From Somniosus microcephalus (Eukaryota), in NCBI GenBank assembly GCA_052327205.1, contig JBMRGM010000035.1, forward strand, positions 118,730,001 to 118,794,000: a DNA stretch of 64,000 bases. Reading direction: 5' to 3'. How positions within the stretch are numbered: the first letter of the stretch is position 1; every line of letters begins with the position of its first letter. Below the pieces are notes generated by a model. That model was not told where the DNA came from and searched no databases. It saw only the letters and a list, made by a program, of their open reading frames with translations. The position numbers and the translations under genes were made by a program. This document shows, piece after piece, positions 60,871-64,000 of this stretch.

Positions 60871-63800
60871 TAATCCCACAGTGCTGTTAGGGGTAATCCC
60901 ACAGTGCTGTTAGGGGGTAATTCCACAATGCTGTTAGGGGTAATCCCACAGTGCTGTTAGGGGGTAATCCCACAGTGCTGTTAGGGGGTAATCCCACAAT
61001 GCTGTTAGGGGGTAATCCCACAGTGCTGTTAGGGGGTAATCCCACAGTGCTGTTAGGGGGTAATTCCACAATGCTGTTAGGGGTAATCCCACAGTGCTGT
61101 TAGGGGGTAATCCCACAATGCTGTTAGGGGGTAATCCCACAGTGCTGTTAGGGGGTAATCCCACAGTGCTGTTAGGGGGTAATTCCACAGTGCTGTTAGG
61201 GGTAATCCCACAGTGCCATTAGGGGTGATCCCACAGTGCTGTTCGGGGTAATCCCACAGTGCTGTTAGGGGGTAATCCCACAGTACTGTTAGGGGGTAAT
61301 CCCACAGTGCTGTTAGGGGGTAATCCCACAGTGCTGTTAGGGGGTAATCCCACAGTGCTGTTAGGGGGTAATCCCACAGTGCTGTTAGGGGGTAATCCCA
61401 CAGTGCTGTTAGGGGTAATCCCACAGTGCTGATTGGGGTAATCCCACAATGCTGTTAGGGGTAATCCCACAGTGCTGTTAGGGGGTAATCCCACAGTGCT
61501 GTTAGGGGGTAATCCCACAGTGCTGTTAGGGGGTAATCCCACAGTGCTGTTAGGGGGTAATCCCACAGTGCTGTTAGGGGTAATCCCACAGTGCTGTTAG
61601 GGGGTAATCCCACAGTGCTGTTAGGGGGTAATCCCACAGTGCTGTTAGGGGGTAATCCCAGAGTGCTGTTAGGGGGTAATCCCACAGTGCTGTTAGGGTC
61701 AATCCCACGGTGCTGTTAGGGGGTAATCCCACAGTGCTGTTAGGGGGTAATCCCACAGTGCTGTTAGGGGGTAATCCCACAGTGCTGTTAGGGGGTAATC
61801 CCACAGTGCTGTTAGGGGGTAATCCCACAGTGCTGTTAGGGGGTAATCCCACAGTGCTGTTAGGGGTAATCCCACAGTGCTGTTAGGGGGTAATCCCACA
61901 GTGCTGATTGGGGTAATCCCACAATGCTGTTAGGGGTAATCCCACAGTGCTGTTAGGGGGTAATCCCACAGTGCTGTTAGGGGGTAATCCCACAGTGCTG
62001 TTAGGGGGTAATCCCACAGTGCTGTTAGGGGGTAATCCCACAGTGCTGTTAGGGGTAATCCCACAGTGCTGTTAGGGGTAATCCCACAGTGCTGTTAGGG
62101 GTAATCCCACAGTGCTGTTAGGGGTAATCCCACAGTGCTGTTAGGGGTAATCCCACAGTGCTGTTAGGGGGTAATCCCACAGTGCTGTTAGAGGGTAATC
62201 CCACAGTGCTGTTAGAGGGTAATCCCACAGTGCCGTTAGGGGGTAATCCCACAGTGCTGTTAGGGGTAACCCCACAGTGCTGTTAGGGGTAATCCCACAG
62301 TGCTGTTAGGGGTAATCCCACAGTGCTGTTAGAGGGTAATCCCACAGTGCTGTTAGGGGGTAATCCCACAATGCTGTTAGGGGTAATCCCACAGTGCTGT
62401 TAGGGGTAATCCCACAGTGCTGTTAGGGGTAATCCCACAGTGCTGTTCGGGGTAACCCCACAGTGCTGTTAGGGGGTAATCCCACAGTGCTGTTAGGGGG
62501 TAATCCCACAGTGCTGTTCGGGGTAACCCCACAGTGCTGTTAGGGGGTAATCCCACAGTGCTGTTCGGGGTAATCCCACAGTGCTGTTAGGGGGTAATCC
62601 CACAGTGCTGTTAGGGGTAATCCCACAGTGCTGTTAGGGGTAATCCCACAGTGCTGTTAGGGGTAATCCCACAGTGCTGTTAGGGGTAATCCCACAGTGC
62701 TGTTAGGGGGTAATCCCACAGTGCTGTTAGGGGTAATCCCACAGTGCTGTTAGGGGGTAATCCCACAGTGCTGTTAGGGGTAATCCCACAGTGCTGTTAG
62801 GGGGTAATCCCACAGTGCTGTTAGGGGGTAATCCCACAGTGCTGTTAGGGGGTAATCCCACAGTGCTGTTAGGGGTAATCCCACAGTGCTGTTAGGGGGT
62901 AATCCCACAGTGCTGTTAGGGGTAATCCCACAGTGCTGTTAGGGGGTAATCCCACAGTGCTGTTAGGGGGTAATCCCACAGTGCTGTTAGGGGTAATCCC
63001 ACAGTGCTGTTAGAGGTAATCCCACAGTGCTGTTAGGGGGTAATCCCACAGTGCTGTTAGGGGGTAATCCCACAGTGCTGTTAGGGGTAATCCCACAGTG
63101 CTGTTAGGGGGTAATCCCACAGTGCTGTTAGGGGGTAATCCCACAGTGCTGTTACGGGGTAATCCCACAGTGCTGTTAGGGGGTAATCCCACAGTGCTGT
63201 TAGGGGGTAATCCCACAGTGTTGTTAGGGGCTAATCCCACAGTGCTGTTAGGGGGTAATCCCACAGTGCTGTTAGGGGTAATCCCACAGTGCTGTTAGGG
63301 GTAATCCCACAGTGCTGTTAGGGGGTAATCCCACAGTGCTGTTAGGGGGTAATCCCACAGTGCTGTTAGGGGGTAATCCCACAGTGCTGTTAGGGGGTAA
63401 TCCCACAGTGCTGTTAGGGGGTAATCCCACAGTGCTGTTAGGGGTAACCCCACAGTGCTGTTAGGGGGTAATCCCACAGTGCTGTTAGGGGGTAATCCCA
63501 CAGTGCTGTTAGGGGTAATCCCACAGTGCTGTTAGAGGGTAATCCCACAGTGCTGTTAGGGGGTAATCCCACAGTGCTGTTAGGGGGTAATCCCACAGTG
63601 CTGTTAGGGGGTAATCCCACAGTGCTGTTAGGGGGTAATCCCACAGTGCTGTTACGGGGTAATCCCACAGTGCTGTTAGGGGGTAATCCCACAGTGCTGT
63701 TAGGGGGTAATCCCACAGTGCTGTTAGGGGTAATCCCACAGTGCTGTTAGGGGTATTCCCACAGTGCTGTTAGGGGTAATCCCACAGTGCTGTTAGGGGT

Positions 63801-64000
63801 AATCCCACAGTGCTGTTAGGGGTAATCCCACAGTGCTGTTAGGGGTAATCCCACAGTGCTGTTAGGGGTAATCACACAGTGCTGTTAGGGGGTAATCCCA
63901 CACTGCTGTTAGGGGGTAATCCCACAGTGCTGTTAGGGGGTAATCCCACAGTGCTGTTAGGGGGTAATCCCACAGTGCTGTTAGGGGGTAATCCCACAGT
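60852..64000. repeat. 23-24-bp minisatellite (cccacagtgctgttagggg[g]taat), ~130 copies, runs off the window end
   Basis: Highly homogeneous; G4/G5 length variants. Confidence 0.97.

Noticed and set aside
60852-64000. Telomere tract
   Set aside because: TTAGGG occurs once per 23-24-bp unit, not as contiguous hexamers

Overview
Repeat-dominated vertebrate DNA, very probably from a shark: it carries HER1-type CR1 LINEs, an HE1/V-SINE, many Deu-domain SacSINE1-like SINEs and L2 tails. No host gene could be identified with confidence; there are only weak minus-strand exon candidates. Mobile elements: a decayed Mag-like Ty3/Gypsy element running off the left edge, four solo LTRs with perfect 5-bp TSDs, a multi-level nest (hAT-like MITE > full-length CR1 > Tigger-like MITE, second CR1, Harbinger), several Harbinger derivatives, and two Penelope-type insertions each carrying a minimal hammerhead ribozyme. 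Large minisatellites have units of 27, 33, 40-41, 28, 67, 43 and 23-24 bp. Most interesting patterns: (i) minisatellites apparently born from internal segments of SINEs and LINEs, including 1-copy, 4-copy and >100-copy states of one TTAGGG-containing LINE segment; (ii) all four solo LTRs lie in or beside tandem arrays; (iii) a 97-bp hammerhead-only retroposed unit with its own TSD. Coordinates were read by eye and the ends of old fragments are approximate.
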